In this document: one piece after another, positions 37,930-51,035 of the stretch | How positions within the stretch are numbered: the first letter of the stretch is position 1 | How the letters are laid out: the number at the start of each line of letters is the position of its first letter | Assembly: GCF_004010195.1 (NCBI RefSeq) | Contig: NC_057718.1 | Location: 85,822,283 to 85,886,282, forward strand | Length of the DNA stretch: 64,000 nucleotides | DNA from: Chiloscyllium plagiosum | Lineage: Eukaryota | Direction: 5' to 3' | Made by a program: the position numbers and the translations under genes | Notes under the pieces: generated by a model | Told to the model about the DNA's origin: nothing | The model's database searches: none | The model's input: the letters and a program-made list of their open reading frames with translations, nothing else

Positions 37930-40110
37930 AGACTAAGGACCCTGACAACATTCCTACAATAGTGCTGAAGACTTGTATTCCAGAACATGCCATGCTCCTA
38001 TCCAACCTATTCCAGTACAGCTATAATATCGGCATCCAGCTGAAAATGTGGAAAATTGACCAAGTATGTCCTGTGCACAAAAAAGCAAGACAAATCCAAC
38101 CCGGTCAATTATCACCCCATTAGTCTACACTTGATCATCAGTAAAGTGAAGAAAGGTGCCATCAACAGTGCTATCAAGCAGCACTTGCTCAGCATTAACC
38201 TGCTCAGTGACGCCCAGTTTGGATTCTGTCAGGGCCACTCAGCTCCTGACCTCATACAGGCTTGGTTCAAGCATGGACAAAAGAGCTGAATTCCAGAGGT
38301 GAGGTGAGAATGAAAGACCTTGACATCAAGGCTGCATTTGACCAAGTGTGGCATCAAGGAACCCGATCAAAACTGGAATCAATGGGTATCGGGGACAAAC
38401 TCTCCAGTGGTTGGAGTCATACCTGACACATAGGAAGATAGTTGTGGTTTTTGGAAGTCAGTCATCACAGCTCCAGGACATCTCTGCACAAATTCCTCAG
38501 GGTGGTGTCCTAGGCCCAACCATCTTCAGCTGCTTCATCAATGACCTTCGCTTCCTCCTAAGGTGGGAGATGTTCGCTGATGATTGCACTATTTGTGACT
38601 CCTCAGATACTGAAACAGTTCATGACCAAATGCAGCAAAATCTGGATGGTATCCAGACTTGGGCTGACAAATGGCAAGTAACATGATAACCTTCTCCAAC
38701 AAGAGAGAATCTAAACAGAATTCCTTGATATTTGATGGCATTACCATCACTGAATACTCCACTATCAACATCCCTTAGGTCGCTGTTGTCTAGAAGCTGA
38801 ACTAGGCTAGCCATGAGAACACAATGGCTACAACAGCAGGTCAGAAGCTTGGAATACTGTGGTGAGCAACTTATTTCCTGACTCTCCAAAGCCTGTCCAC
38901 CATCTACAAAGCACAAGTCAGGAGTGTGATAGAATACTCCCCATTTGCCTGGATGGATGCAACTCCAACAACATAAGAAGCTTGACACTATCCAGGATAA
39001 AGCAGCCTGATTGGTACCACATTCACAAGCATCCACTCCCGCCACCACTGACGCTCAGTAGCAACACTGTGTACTATCTACAAAATCATAGGGTTATAGA
39101 GATGTACTGCATGGAAACAGACCCTTTGGTCCAACTTGTTCATCCTGACCACATCTCCTAACTTAATCTAGTCCCATTTACCTTCATTTGGCCATATCCT
39201 TCAAAACCCTTCCTATTCATATACCCATCCAGATGCCTTTTAAATGTTGTAATTATACCAGCCTCCACCACTTCCTTTGGCATCTCATTCAATACACTCA
39301 GCACCCTCTGCATGAAAAAGTTGCCCCTTAGGTTCCTTTTAAATGTTAAGCTCTCACCCTAAACCTATGCCCCCTGGTTTTGGACTCCCCTCCCCGGGAA
39401 AAAAGACCTTGGCTATCCATGCCACTCATGATTTTATAAACCTCCATAAGGTTACCCATCAGCCTCTGACACTTCTGGGAAAATTGCCCCAGCCTGTTCA
39501 GCTCAGCTCCCGCCACAGCTCAAACCCTCCAAAACTGGCAAAATCCTTGTAAATCTTTTCTACACCCTTTCAAGTTTAACAACATCTTTCCTGTAGTGAG
39601 GAGACCAGAACTGAATGCAGTATTCCAAAAATGACCTCACCAATGTCCTGTAGAGCCGCAATATAATACCTCAACTCCTATACTGAATACACTGTTCAAT
39701 AAAGGCAAGCATACTAAATGTCTTGTCTGCCTGAGACTTCACCTTCAAGGAACTATGAACCTGTACCCGAAGGTCACTTTGTTCAGCAACACTCCCCAGG
39801 ACCTTACTATTAAGTCTATAAGTCCTGCCCTGATTTACCTTTCCAAAATGTAGCATTTACCTAAATTAAACTCCATCTGCCACTCCTTGGCCAATCTGAT
39901 CAAGGTCCCATTGTACTCTGAGGTAACCTTCTTCATTGTCCACTACACAGCAATTTCAGCATCATCTGCAAACTTATGAACCATTCCTCCTATTTTCACA
40001 TCTAAATCCAAGATGCACTGCAGAAATTAATCAAGGTTCCTTAGACAGAACCTTCCAACCCATGACTATCACCATCTGGAAGGACAAGGGCAGCAGATAT
40101 ATGGAAAGGT
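37930..40110 (+). mobile_element. CR1/L2-group LINE RT region, interrupted by a minus-strand CR1 (about 39085-39975)
   Basis: KKQDKSNPVNYHPISL, DAQFGFCQG, LDIKAAFDQVWH, PQGGVLGPTIFSCFIND, MFADDCT. Confidence 0.85.
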
Positions 40111-40409
40111 ATACTGACACACTGTGAGACATAACACATCATTCGGTATTTGCTTTTCAAAGTTCAGGTAGGGTGGGTACTGAGCCATTTTCCTAGTGAC
40201 ATGCAGCTTATAATTATAGTACTCAGAGAAAAATACACTGGAAACAAAATAGACTTAATTTATAAATATATGTTCCTTGCTTTTCGGTTTTTGTTACAAG
40301 TTGTTTGGTTTAGCATTAAAATACAGAGGGGGCAGTGGGTGACCCTATCCTGAAAACCCCTGGAAAATTCAATTCAGTCAGTGAAGACAGACATCAGCAT
40401 GTCTTCCAT

Positions 40410-41336
40410 GATAATCCTCAACACTGGCGCCCCGCAAGGATGTATTCTCAGCCCCCTACTGTACTCCCTGTACACCCACTACTGGATGGGCAAATTCCAT
40501 ATGAATACAACTTTGCTGATGACATTACTGTGGTAGGCCAGATATCTAATAAAATTACGTCAGAATCCAGGAAGGAGATAGAGGACTTGGTGTCATGGTG
40601 CTATGATAAGAATCTCTTTCTTTGTCAATGAAACAAAGGAACTGATCATTGACTTCAGAAAGAAAGGAGGAGGATACACCTCAATCTACATCAGCAGAGC
40701 TGAGGTGGAGAGGGTTGAGAGCATCAAGTTCCTAGGAGTGACGATAACCAACAGTCTGACCTGGACCTCCCATGAGACACAATGGTCAAGAAGGGACAGC
40801 AGTGCCTCTTCTTCCTTAGGTGGCTTAGGAAATTCAGCATGTCCAAAAAAACCCTCGCCAACCTCTACAGAGGCATGATAGGAAACATTTTATCTGGGTG
40901 CATAACTGTCTGTTACTTCTCTGTCCAGGATCGTACAAAACTACAGAACGTTGTGTGCACGGCCTAGACTATCATGGAAACCAACCTTCCATCCATGGAC
41001 TCCATTTACGCTTCTCACTGCTATGGAAAGGCTGCCAACATCATCACAAACCCCTCCCACGCCGGTAATGCTCTCTTCCAATCTCTTCCGTCAGGCAGAA
41101 GATAGAGAAGCTTGAACACACGCACTAACAGGTTCGAGAACAGCTTCTTCCCTGCTACTATTAGACTGCTTAATAGACCTCCCTAATTTCAAATAATATT
41201 GACCTTGTGAATGTTGATCTTGCTTTGTGCACCTCCTGTGCCTTGTATGCTTTGCATGTCCTTGTTTGCTGTACTGTTTCCAAAACACTGTTCTTCGGTA
41301 CATGTGACTCCAATAAATCAAATCAAATCAAATCAA
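40410..41336 (+). mobile_element. Rex1/Babar-like LINE RT + 3' end
   Basis: GAPQGCILSP, FADD, ETKELIIDFRK, VESIKFLGV; (aaatc)n tail. Confidence 0.85.
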
Positions 41337-41867
41337 GTCAAACCCGTCAAATTCTGCTAACAGGCCAGAGACCTGTTCAAGGAAGCACTAGTTATGGAAG
41401 CATGTGTATTGTTGTGGCTAATTGACTGATGTGCTTTATAGTATAAGATGGTTTCTAAGCAGTTTGATGATTCCTGAAATAATCAGGAGTGACCAGAAGT
41501 ATCACAACGATGTTAAAAAGCATCAGTTGAGCGCTTGATAACATTAAAAAAAAACCCACTCCAAGTAAAATACATCAATATTGCTCACTTCTTCCAGTAG
41601 TTGAGTTTGGCATTCTCATTGTTCTCTGAATCATAATGTTTGTTCAGAATTCCCTAATGAGTTTCTTAATTGTTGTCTTATATCGGGGGCCTTTAGTTTT
41701 CCTCTCCACTCCCTCTGGATTTATTCTAGAAAAATATCTCACTGTTTGATGTGGTCACTACCAACCTTTACAGCAGAAGGGAGACCCTGTTTGAGCAACC
41801 TCTTGATTAATGGCTATATGTTTAGGCAACACGAGGCAGGTCTTACTCTACCAAGCTGCTGTTTGTA

Positions 41868-42086
41868 CAGGTCTTCCTGCTATAATGTGCGTTTCGTTAA
41901 TGCAAATGCGCTGCAACATGATTGACGAATTGGGGATACTGTTTCTAAAGCATTCACTTTTAAAACTTGTGTTGGCTGTAACATGATTACCTCGTCAACA
42001 CTTTAAATACTGTTTCTAAAGCACAATTCTTCTATAATGTGGGGTTACACAAGCATGCAACCGTCATGTTAAAGAAGAACTACCTG
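41868..42086. mobile_element. Tc1/mariner-pogo-type MITE
   Basis: TA-flanked TIRs: ta|caggtcttcctgctataa ... ttaaagaagaactacctg|ta. Confidence 0.65.
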
Positions 42087-42954
42087 TAGTTAAGAAAATG
42101 TAAGAGCCTTATATTCAGTCCTCATCTGTCTCAGCTTCCCAGAAGCTGCTAGCGATATTTATACAGCCTGTTCAACTCGTTCCTAGTTTGTGTTTCCACA
42201 CATTGTTGGTGTCAGCCATATTTGTGAACTCCCTCCAGTCAGTCTATATCCTTTCTATAATTTGGTAATAAGAAGGAACACAGTACTCTCTGTGCAGTCC
42301 AATAAAGGCTTTATACAAATTTATCTGTGTTTTCCAATATTATCTCTTTGGCCTTCATGTTGCCCTTATTAAATTTTGGTGATTTGTTTGTTTGTACTCC
42401 CAGATCATTTTGCTCCTCTACCTCATTAGGGTTATTGCCTTTCAACTAATTTGTGACCTCCTTACTTTTGTCACCAAAGTATAATAACTCTCATTAATCC
42501 GTGTTGAAATTTTATCGGTTAATATATACCAGAGATGTCAGCTCATTGTATTTTGTTGTTGACCTCTTCATACAAACTTTCTTCTTATTTTGATGTCCTC
42601 TGCAAAGTTACAAATTGTGCTCTTGCAAAGTCTAAAGTTGCTACTCAAAATACTGAACAATAGGAGGTAGACATTTGAGGGACTTTTCCGCCTGCTGCCT
42701 CTTGGAAAAGCTCTTACCCCGACTCTTTGTTTTCTGTCCTGTCGTTTGTGAGCTATCATTTCCACCACTTAACTTCTGAATCCATGCACTCTGACCTTAT
42801 TATATACCACTTCTGTAAATTTAGATAAATTACACTAATAGCATTATTTTTGTCAATGCACTCTGTTATTTCTTCAAAGCATTTAATGTTGCTGGTTGTG
42901 CAATACTTTTCCTTTTGAAATCCATGCAGACTCTTCATTATTATATTTTTGGTC

Positions 42955-44020
42955 TTGGAGTCAAACAGCATAAAACTTTCGGTCCAACCAGTCCACACCA
43001 ACCATGTTCCCAAACTAAACTGCCTGCGTTTGGCTCTAAATGTTTCCTATTCATGTAATTATCCAAATGTCTTGTAAACATTGTAACTGTACCTGCATCC
43101 ATCACGTTTTCTGGCAGTTCATTGCGCACATCAACCACTCTGTAAAAAAGTTACCCGTCATGTCCTTTTCAAATCTTTCTCCTCTCACCTGAAAAATATG
43201 CCCCCTGAATTTTGAATTCCCTCACGCTAGGGAAAGGACAACTGCTAACCTTATATATGCCCCTCATAATTTTATAAACCTCATCCCTCAACCTTCTACA
43301 CTCCAGTGAAAAAACGTACCAGCCTATTCAGTCCATTTTTATGTTCCAAACCCTCCATTCTGAGCAATCCATTCTGGCAACATCCTGGTAAATATTTTCT
43401 GAACCCTCCCCAGTTTAATATTATCCTTCTTATTACAGGGCGACCAGAACTGCACACAGTACTCCAGACGAGGGATCACAAACATCCTGTACAACATCAG
43501 CATGACGTCCCAACTCCTATGCTCAATGGTCTGAGCAATGAAGGTTGGCATGTTAAGTACTTTCTTAACCGTCCTGTCTACCTGTGTTGCAAATTTCAAA
43601 TAAATATGTACATGAACCCTTAGGTGTCTCTCTTCTATAACATTACCCATGGCTCTGCTGTTAACTATATGAGTCATGTCCTTCCTCACATTTGTCTAAA
43701 TTAAATTCCATCTGCCGCTTCTTAGCCTATTGACCCAACTGATGAAGATTTCTTTATAATCTTAGATAACCTTCCTCACTGTCTGCTATGCCACCAATTT
43801 TGGTGCCATCTGCAAACTTACTAACCATACTTTCTATATTCTCATCCAAACCATTCATATGGACGACAAACAGAAGTAGACCCAATACCGATCCCTGTGC
43901 AACACCACTAGTCACAGGCCTCCAGTCGAAAAAAACATCCCTCCATGTCCATGGTCTATCTCCTAAAATAAAGCCAATTTTGTATCCAATTGACAAGTTC
44001 ACCCCGAATCCCATGTGATG
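42955..44020 (-). mobile_element. CR1 LINE RT/3' fragment
   Basis: WRPVTSGVAQGSVLG, SKFADGTKIGG, LEYCVQFWSP. Confidence 0.85.
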
Positions 44021-44909
44021 TAATTGACCAGTTAAAGACCCTAATTGGCGATTGGTAGAGAAGGCTACTCTTGCCCAGATGGTGGTGGGAAGGTGATGAC
44101 TATCTTCTGATAATGACCCTACAATTATTTGCCCTTCCTTGCACTTTATCATGCCACAATCCATTTTGATGTTGGAATGAGCAATGGGGTTGAGAGGGTG
44201 AAGAATAGACCTCTCCTGTTCTTATTTTCCTATGATTGATCAAATGAAAGAGTCCCAGAATTGGGCCTTATGATAAATTCCTTGGACCTGTTCCAGACCT
44301 GTTCCAGTGTGATAGATCAAACATTAGGTCCCAGGGAACATAAAGAGCATGCCTGAGAACTTTTATATGCTCAGTCTTAAAGTCCAAAGTAGGGATAGTC
44401 CAGGTTGACACTGTTTTCTTACTGAGTATAAATTACAGTCACAATTGAAGAGGAAAGATTTTTCCTTGACATAGTCTTTTGAAGTGAATTACGAATACAG
44501 AACTAAGCTTCCTATCCTGACAGATGGAGAACCATTCATTCCCCTTAGAAACTGAAGTGTTGTAAATCAAATAATGAAGCTCCTTCCAATTGGGATGACT
44601 GGATGATTGAAGCTGTTTACTTTCTAATTCTCTTGAGGACATTTTGCTTCAGAAATCATTGTACAATAAGTTTGCTTGGCGTACATTCCACACTCTGTCC
44701 TCTATACCAGTTTTCTCCTTAAGTTGTATAATTGCAGCTCAAATTTTTCTTGGCCTTTGTTCTGTCTCTCATTTTAGAATTTACAAGATCTTGTTCTGCT
44801 GTAAGATATGATATCAATGGAACTGTTTGGACTAGGAGCAGGAGTTTTCCAGTATCCTGGCTAATATGTATCCCTTAAACATCATGACTCAATTCAATCA
44901 ACTGAACAA

Positions 44910-45121
44910 AATAAAACCGAAAGAATTGCAGATGTTAAAAATCAGAAACAGAAATGGAAATGGCTGGAAAAGCTCAACAGGTCTGTCAGCATCTGTAGAG
45001 AGGCATCAGAGTTAACATTTCAGGTCCAATGGCTCTTCCTCAGAACTGGACCCGAAGCATTAACACTGATTTCTCTCCAAAGGTGCTGCCAGACTTGCTG
45101 AGCTTTTCCAGCAATTTCTGT
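44910..45121. mobile_element. Palindromic mini-Penelope-like element (older subfamily)
   Basis: gctggaaaagctcaacaggtctg / cagacttgctgagcttttccagc inverted arms around ctggacccgaagcattaac. Confidence 0.65.
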
Positions 45122-45810
45122 AGTTCAATTGGACCTTTGCTATTTTGTTTGGACCTCAATCCATGTAAATGGTCTGTTCAGATTTCCACATTGCAACATT
45201 ATCTACTCTTTCATTGGCTCCAACAGGTTTTGAGGCATCCTGAAGTGGTAAAGGCGATGGCGATGTGGTGAAGTGGTCAATGCAAGTTCTTTTCTCCTTC
45301 GATGAGTTAGACAAGCCAATGTGAACTGCAGCTGCTCAAGAATGTACAATTGCTTACAAGCCAGATATCTTCATGTCAGTTCCCAATGTTCATATTTTAT
45401 TTCACCATCTACATCGATCATGTACACAGTGGATAATTTATGTCCCAAAACAAATTGATGAGAGACATGGCTGGTCCTTCAGTCAGGTGTTTTGTATGAG
45501 ATTGAAGTGAGGCGTTGAATGGGTTGGATGGATATCTTTGTTAATGTGCAGGGAAGATGTTATTTCATGTGGTCACGGGCTTCCCAGTTCAGTACTTATA
45601 CAAACCAGATGTTGCGTGAGTTAATTGGCAAATGGCTTTGTGAGTGAGTTGGAGGTTCTTGCTACAGGCTGGATGTTTTGGGGTTGAGGGGTCCTCTGCC
45701 ATATTTAGAGGTCTTTGTACTTCATTTTGCTCACTGTAAAGCCTTGAAACTTCCCATGATTCATGGTGGCCACTTCTCGAGCCACCATGATGTTTCCTGA
45801 GCAATCCAAG

Positions 45811-45990
45811 ATGGCTGCCAGTTTCCCCCATGCTGCCCTCCAGATGCTACTGGATGGGGTCATTGACTGAAGGGACCTCCTCTGTCTGGCTGAATCCACC
45901 AGGGGGCATCTTGTCAAGCCTGTTCTGCCTGGGCTGAGATCACAAACAAACCAGTGTCTTCCAAAGTACTGGAAGACAGTGCAGGGAACA
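45811..45990 (+). pseudogene. Decayed Myb/SANT-like (Harbinger-associated / NAIF1-like) ORF fragment
   Basis: MAASFPHAALQMLLDGVID*RDLLC..., frameshift, SAWAEIT. Resembles the Myb/SANT-like consensus F...L..L...V..RRDVL...AW.EI. Confidence 0.4.
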
Positions 45991-47204
45991 AATCAAAGAC
46001 TTCCTGCACTCTGCAAGTATCGATGGCACCACCTTCTTTCTGCTATCTCACACTCACTGGGGCATCACTCAGTCTAACTCAGCCACTGTACAGGCATCTC
46101 CCACAGTCCTACAGCCTATGGGTATCAGTGTCCAATTTATGATGTGCACTCAAGAGCAGGCAGCATCTTATCCTGTCTTCAGGCTGAGACAGAAAACTTT
46201 CTAATCATTGAGGAAAAATAAAACATTGAGGATGAGGCAGGAAAGTGGAGTTGAGAATCATCAGATCAGCCATGATCTCATTGAATGACAGAGCAGACCT
46301 GATGGACTGAATGGCCTGCCTTTGCTCCTATGTCTTATGGCTTTCAATCTGAGAGACTGTGTGCCTTTCCAATGGAGAAGATAAGCTATTGAATGAATGT
46401 TTCTTGTCCTATTGACTCTTTTTGACCTCAGTTGGCGAGACATCAATCAGGGCTCAATGTCCCCTCAACCAGGCCTTCTGGTTAGAATTAGAAAGCGTAA
46501 GGAAGCCATTTTTTTAGTCAACTTGTTTGGATATGTTGGCATACACCTTTAAGCCAGGTGGGACTTGAGCTTAGACCTTCCGGCTCAGAGGTAGGGACAT
46601 TACCACTGTGCCACAAGAGGCCCAAATTCTGAACAACCATTTCCAAAGCAAGCCTTGAACTGAAAGTCAACTTTTGAAAAAAAAAGTCTTTTTATATCTG
46701 GAAGTGCTATCACACACAAATGGTTTTTCTCCACATCACCAAATCGTAACTATTAACCGCCACCAGTAAATCATTCATCACACTTAGATATTTACTTGCA
46801 ACACCTGTAACTTACTTTTTTTTTGTAGGGACACTACCACTGTGCCACAACAGGGCCTGTGGGTTTGCTTTTTTTTGTCTTATTTTCCCAAAAGCACCCG
46901 TGGTCAATTCTGTTTGTTTTTACAATGATACAGAAAATGAAGAGAACTTTGTGAGGAGTGTTTATTTATTTTTTCTCCATCACCAGGATATCACCTGTAT
47001 GGCCTGAACACTTGCAAGCAAAGCCCGTCATGGAAGCTCCAATGTCAAAAGTGAAGGGGGGAGTGTAGGGAGAAAGGGAAGGGATTAAATCAAAATGGAG
47101 TTGTGGGGAAGCTGACAACCTATTACTTGAATGGCAAGAGTACTAACCACTAAGCCACAAATTAAAATCAAGTAACCCAACGAAAGCCTGATGAAGGAAC
47201 AACT

Positions 47205-47305
47205 CTGAAAGCTAGTGCTTCCGAATAAATGTGTTGGACGATTAGCTGGTGTTGTGTGATTTTTCACTTTGTCCACCCGAGTCCAACACTGGCTTCTCCA
47301 CATCG
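47205..47305 (+). mobile_element. Penelope pLTR-like fragment of a different family with a degenerate hammerhead
   Basis: cctgatgaaggaacaactctgaaagctagtgc: CUGAUGA...GAAA with palindromic AGCU stem III. Confidence 0.55.
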
Positions 47306-47399
47306 CATGATAGAGTGCCAACTCCTTAATGGGACAAGCATAGTAACAGCAATCACTTATTTAAAAATTTAGATGAAAATTCAATTTAAAATATAATTT

Positions 47400-47548
47400 T
47401 GGAAATTAATGATGTATTCCAGCCCCTGCAGTGTCCACTCACCATGGAAAGCCTTGTGCAAAACAACAAACAGCTCCCACTCCTTCTCCAAGGACATCCG
47501 AGCAGAGACATAGCTGAGGAAGAGGGGCAGGTAGTCAGTCAGGCTGAA
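47400..47548 (-). mobile_element. Tx1-like LINE ORF2 C-terminal fragment
   Basis: DYLPLFLSYVSARMSLEKEW....AFHGEWTLQGLEYII resembles the Tx1 C-terminus. Confidence 0.55.
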
Positions 47549-47554
47549 TGGTCC

Positions 47555-49735
47555 ATTCATTGATATTAGGAATTGGGATGTCTTGTTGCCGCTGTACAAG
47601 ATATTGGTGAGGCCACATTTGGAGGATGGTGTGTAGTTCTGGTTGGCCTACTATAGAAAGGATATTATTAAACTAAAAAGAGTGCAGAAAAGATTTACAA
47701 GGATGCTGCCTGGACTGAATTGGGTTATAAGGAGAGGCTGAATAGGCTGGGACTTTTTTCCCCTCCTTTTTTCTCCTAGGAGTGTAGGAGACTGAGGGAT
47801 GATCTTATGGAGGTCTATAAAATCATGCGAGGCTTAGATAAGGTAACAGCTTCTTCTTATGGTGGGGGAGTGTAAAACTAGAGGGCTTAGGTTTAAGGTG
47901 AGAGGGGAGAGATACAAAAGGGTCCAACTTTTAGTGGGTGAGTGGCTGGAAGGAGGTAGTGGTGGAAGCGAGTACAATTTTGTCATTTAAGAAACATGCT
48001 GTTGCTGTGGTTCTGTTCGCCGAGCTGGAAGTTTTGTTGCAAACGTTTCGTCCCCTGTCTAGGTGACATCCTCAGTGCTTGGGAGCCTCCTGTGAAGCGC
48101 TTCTGTGGTGTTTCCTCCGGCATTTATAGTGGCCTGCCCCTGCCGCTTCCGGTTGTCAGTTTCAGCTATCCGCTGTAGTGGNNNNNNNNNNNNNNNNNNN
48201 NNNNNNNNNNNNNNNNNNNNNNNNNNNNNNNNNNNNNNNNNNNNNNNNNNNNNNNNNNNNNNNNNNNNNNNNNNNNNNNNNNNNNNNNNNNNNNNNNNNN
48301 NNNNNNNNNNNNNNNNNNNNNNNNNNNNNNNNNNNNNNNNNNNNNNNNNNNNNNNNNNNNNNNNNNNNNNNNNNNNNNNNNNNNNNNNNNNNNNNNNNNN
48401 NNNNNNNNNNNNNNNNNNNNNNNNNNNNNNNNNNNNNNNNNNNNNNNNNNNNNNNNNNNNNNNNNNNNNNNNNNNNNNNNNNNNNNNNNNNNNNNNNNNN
48501 NNNNNNNNNNNNNNNNNNNNNNNNNNNNNNNNNNNNNNNNNNNNNNNNNNNNNNNNNNNNNNNNNNNNNNNNNNNNNNNNNNNNNNNNNNNNNNNNNNNN
48601 NNNNNNNNNNNNNNNNNNNNNNNNNNNNNNNNNNNNNNNNNNNNNNNNNNNNNNNNNNNNNNNNNNNNNNNNNNNNNNNNNNNNNNNNNNNNNNNNNNNN
48701 NNNNNNNNNNNNNNNNNNNNNNNNNNNNNNNNNNNNNNNNNNNNNNNNNNNNNNNNNNNNNNNNNNNNNNNNNNNNNNNNNNNNNNNNNNNNNNNNNNNN
48801 NNNNNNNNNNNNNNNNNNNNNNNNNNNNNNNNNNNNNNNNNNNNNNNNNNNNNNNNNNNNNNNNNNNNNNNNNNNNNNNNNNNNNNNNNNNNNNNNNNNN
48901 NNNNNNNNNNNNNNNNNNNNNNNNNNNNNNNNNNNNNNNNNNNNNNNNNNNNNNNNNNNNNNNNNNNNNNNNATGACAGCCAGACTACTGCGACCACTAG
49001 GACTTATAACAGCACACAAACCAACAGCAACTCTCAGACAACAACTCACCAAAACGAAGGACCCGATACCCAGCATGAGCAAAACTAATATAGTGTACAA
49101 AATCCCATGCAAGGACTGCACAAAACACTATATAGGACAAACAGGAAAACAGCTAACAATCCGCATCCACGAACATCAACTAGCCACGAAACGACATGAC
49201 CAGCTATCCTTAGTAGCCACACACGCAGACGACAAGCAACATGAATTTGACTGGGGACAACACTACCATTATAGGGCAAGCGAAACAAAGAACAGCCAGG
49301 GAATTCCTAGAAGCATGGCACTCATCCACAAACTCCATCAACAAACACATCGACCTGGACCCAATATACCGGCCATTACAGCGGACAGCTGAAACTGACA
49401 ACCGGAAGCGGCAGGGACAGGCCACTATAAATGCCGGAGGAAACACCACAGAAGCGCTTCACAGGAGGCTCCCAAGCACTGAGGATGTCACCTAAACAGG
49501 GGACGAAACGTTTGCAACAAAAACTTCCAGCTCGGCGAACAGAACCACAGCAACGAGCACCCGAGCTACAAATCTTCTCACAAACTTTGAAATTAAGAAA
49601 CATTTGGACAGGTACGTGGATGGGGTAAGTGGTGGAGGGATATGGTCTAAATGCAAGCAAATGGGATTAGATTAATTGTGAAAACTGGGACTAGTTTGGC
49701 TGAAGGGCCTGTATCCATGCTGTAAACGTCTATGG
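47555..49735 (+). mobile_element. CR1 3' fragment split by the Penelope insertion
   Basis: ...tgtcatttaagaaacat | ttaagaaacatttggacaggtac... reads as a continuous CR1 3' end. Confidence 0.75.
47998..49592. mobile_element. Penelope-like element with inverted pseudo-LTRs; right arm encodes GIY-YIG on the + strand
   Basis: IVYKIPCKDCTKHYIGQTGKQLTIRIHEH (frameshift about 49255) REFLEAWHS. Hammerhead motifs at 49476-49515 (+) and 48039-48078 (-). TSD ttaagaaacat (47987-47997 / 49593-49603). Confidence 0.92.
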
Positions 49736-50199
49736 CTGCCTGGACCTCTTTATGGGCCACCTTGGCCTAGCCCAGGGGCAGCCTCATGAGGATCTCCTCT
49801 GATCTGGCCATCTTCCTGCAACCAACCTGGATGACCAAAGATCAGGAGTGTGGGGCTGAAGTGATAAAAACATCTGAGAAACAATGCCCTTGAGAAGTGA
49901 AATAGAAGTGAACTAGTCTTGAGCTGGATATGACATAAATCTGTTGTCTGGTCCAGGATTGTAAGAGATACATGACTGCTTAAAGGAGCCATGAGAAACA
50001 AGGTAGATCCAAGCCATTGCTCACCACCAGCTTCCCAAGGGTCAATAGAACGGGCAATAAACACTGGTCTTGTTGACAGCACCCACATCCAGAAAATGAA
50101 TAAAAGTCGCATGATATTCATGAATGATCCAAAGCAAGTACAGAAATGAAGTGGTTGCACCCTGAAGGAAGAGCAACCACAGAGCACTTAGGGTTCAAA

Positions 50200-51035
50200 T
50201 CATCCAGGATGTCAGAAATACTAAACAAGAGAAACAGTCGGTCCATGTCCAAGTACAGCAAGTCCTGGACAATATTCAAATTTAGGCCGCCCAATCTAAA
50301 GTAACATTCACGCCACAAAAATGTCAAGCAATGGCCAACTTAAACAAAAAGAATCTAACTGTAGCCACTTGATACTTGATGACCATCACAGAAATCTCCC
50401 ACTATCAACAACCTGGGGGGTACCATTGACTAGAAACTGTACTAGACTCGTCACAAACTTACCATGGCTACAGAGCTTGTCAGTGTCTAGGAATCCTGCA
50501 GCAAGTAACATATCTCCTGACTCCACAAAACCTGTCCATCATTTAAAGGCACAGCCACCTGGATGACCGCAGCACCAACAACACTTCTGAAGTTTAGAGC
50601 CATTCAGGACAAAGAAGCCTGCTTGATTGGCACTACATCCACAAAAGTCCACTCTTTGCACTTCCGATGCTCATTCATAGCAGTGTGTACCATCTGCACG
50701 ATGAATTGCGTAAATTCACTGAGGGGCTTTGGATAGTACCTTCCAAGTCCACAACCACTTCCATCAGGAATGGTGAAAGGAACATAGGAACACCACCACC
50801 TGCAAGTGCCCCTCCAAGGCACTCACCCGCCTGACTCTGGATGTAGTGTATTATCGTTACTTCACTGTTACTAGGTCAAAATCCTGGACTTCTTTCCCAA
50901 AGGGCATTGTGGGTCTACTCACAGCACAAGGACTGCAGCAGTTCCAGAAGGCAGCTCACCACCACCTTCTTGAGGACAACTAGAAATGGGCAATAAATGC
51001 TGGTGCAGCTAGTAATGCTCTTATCCCATGAAATA
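50200..51035 (+). mobile_element. CR1/L2-group LINE 3' fragment
   Basis: Homologous to 38600-39080 and 58790-59520 (ccattcaggacaaagaagcctgcttgattggc; gggcaataaatgctgg). Confidence 0.7.

Noticed and set aside
46987..47055. Possible + strand exon after ttttctccatcaccag (ISPVWPEHLQAKPVMEAPMSK)
   Set aside because: Weak donor, no recognisable protein and no partner exons.
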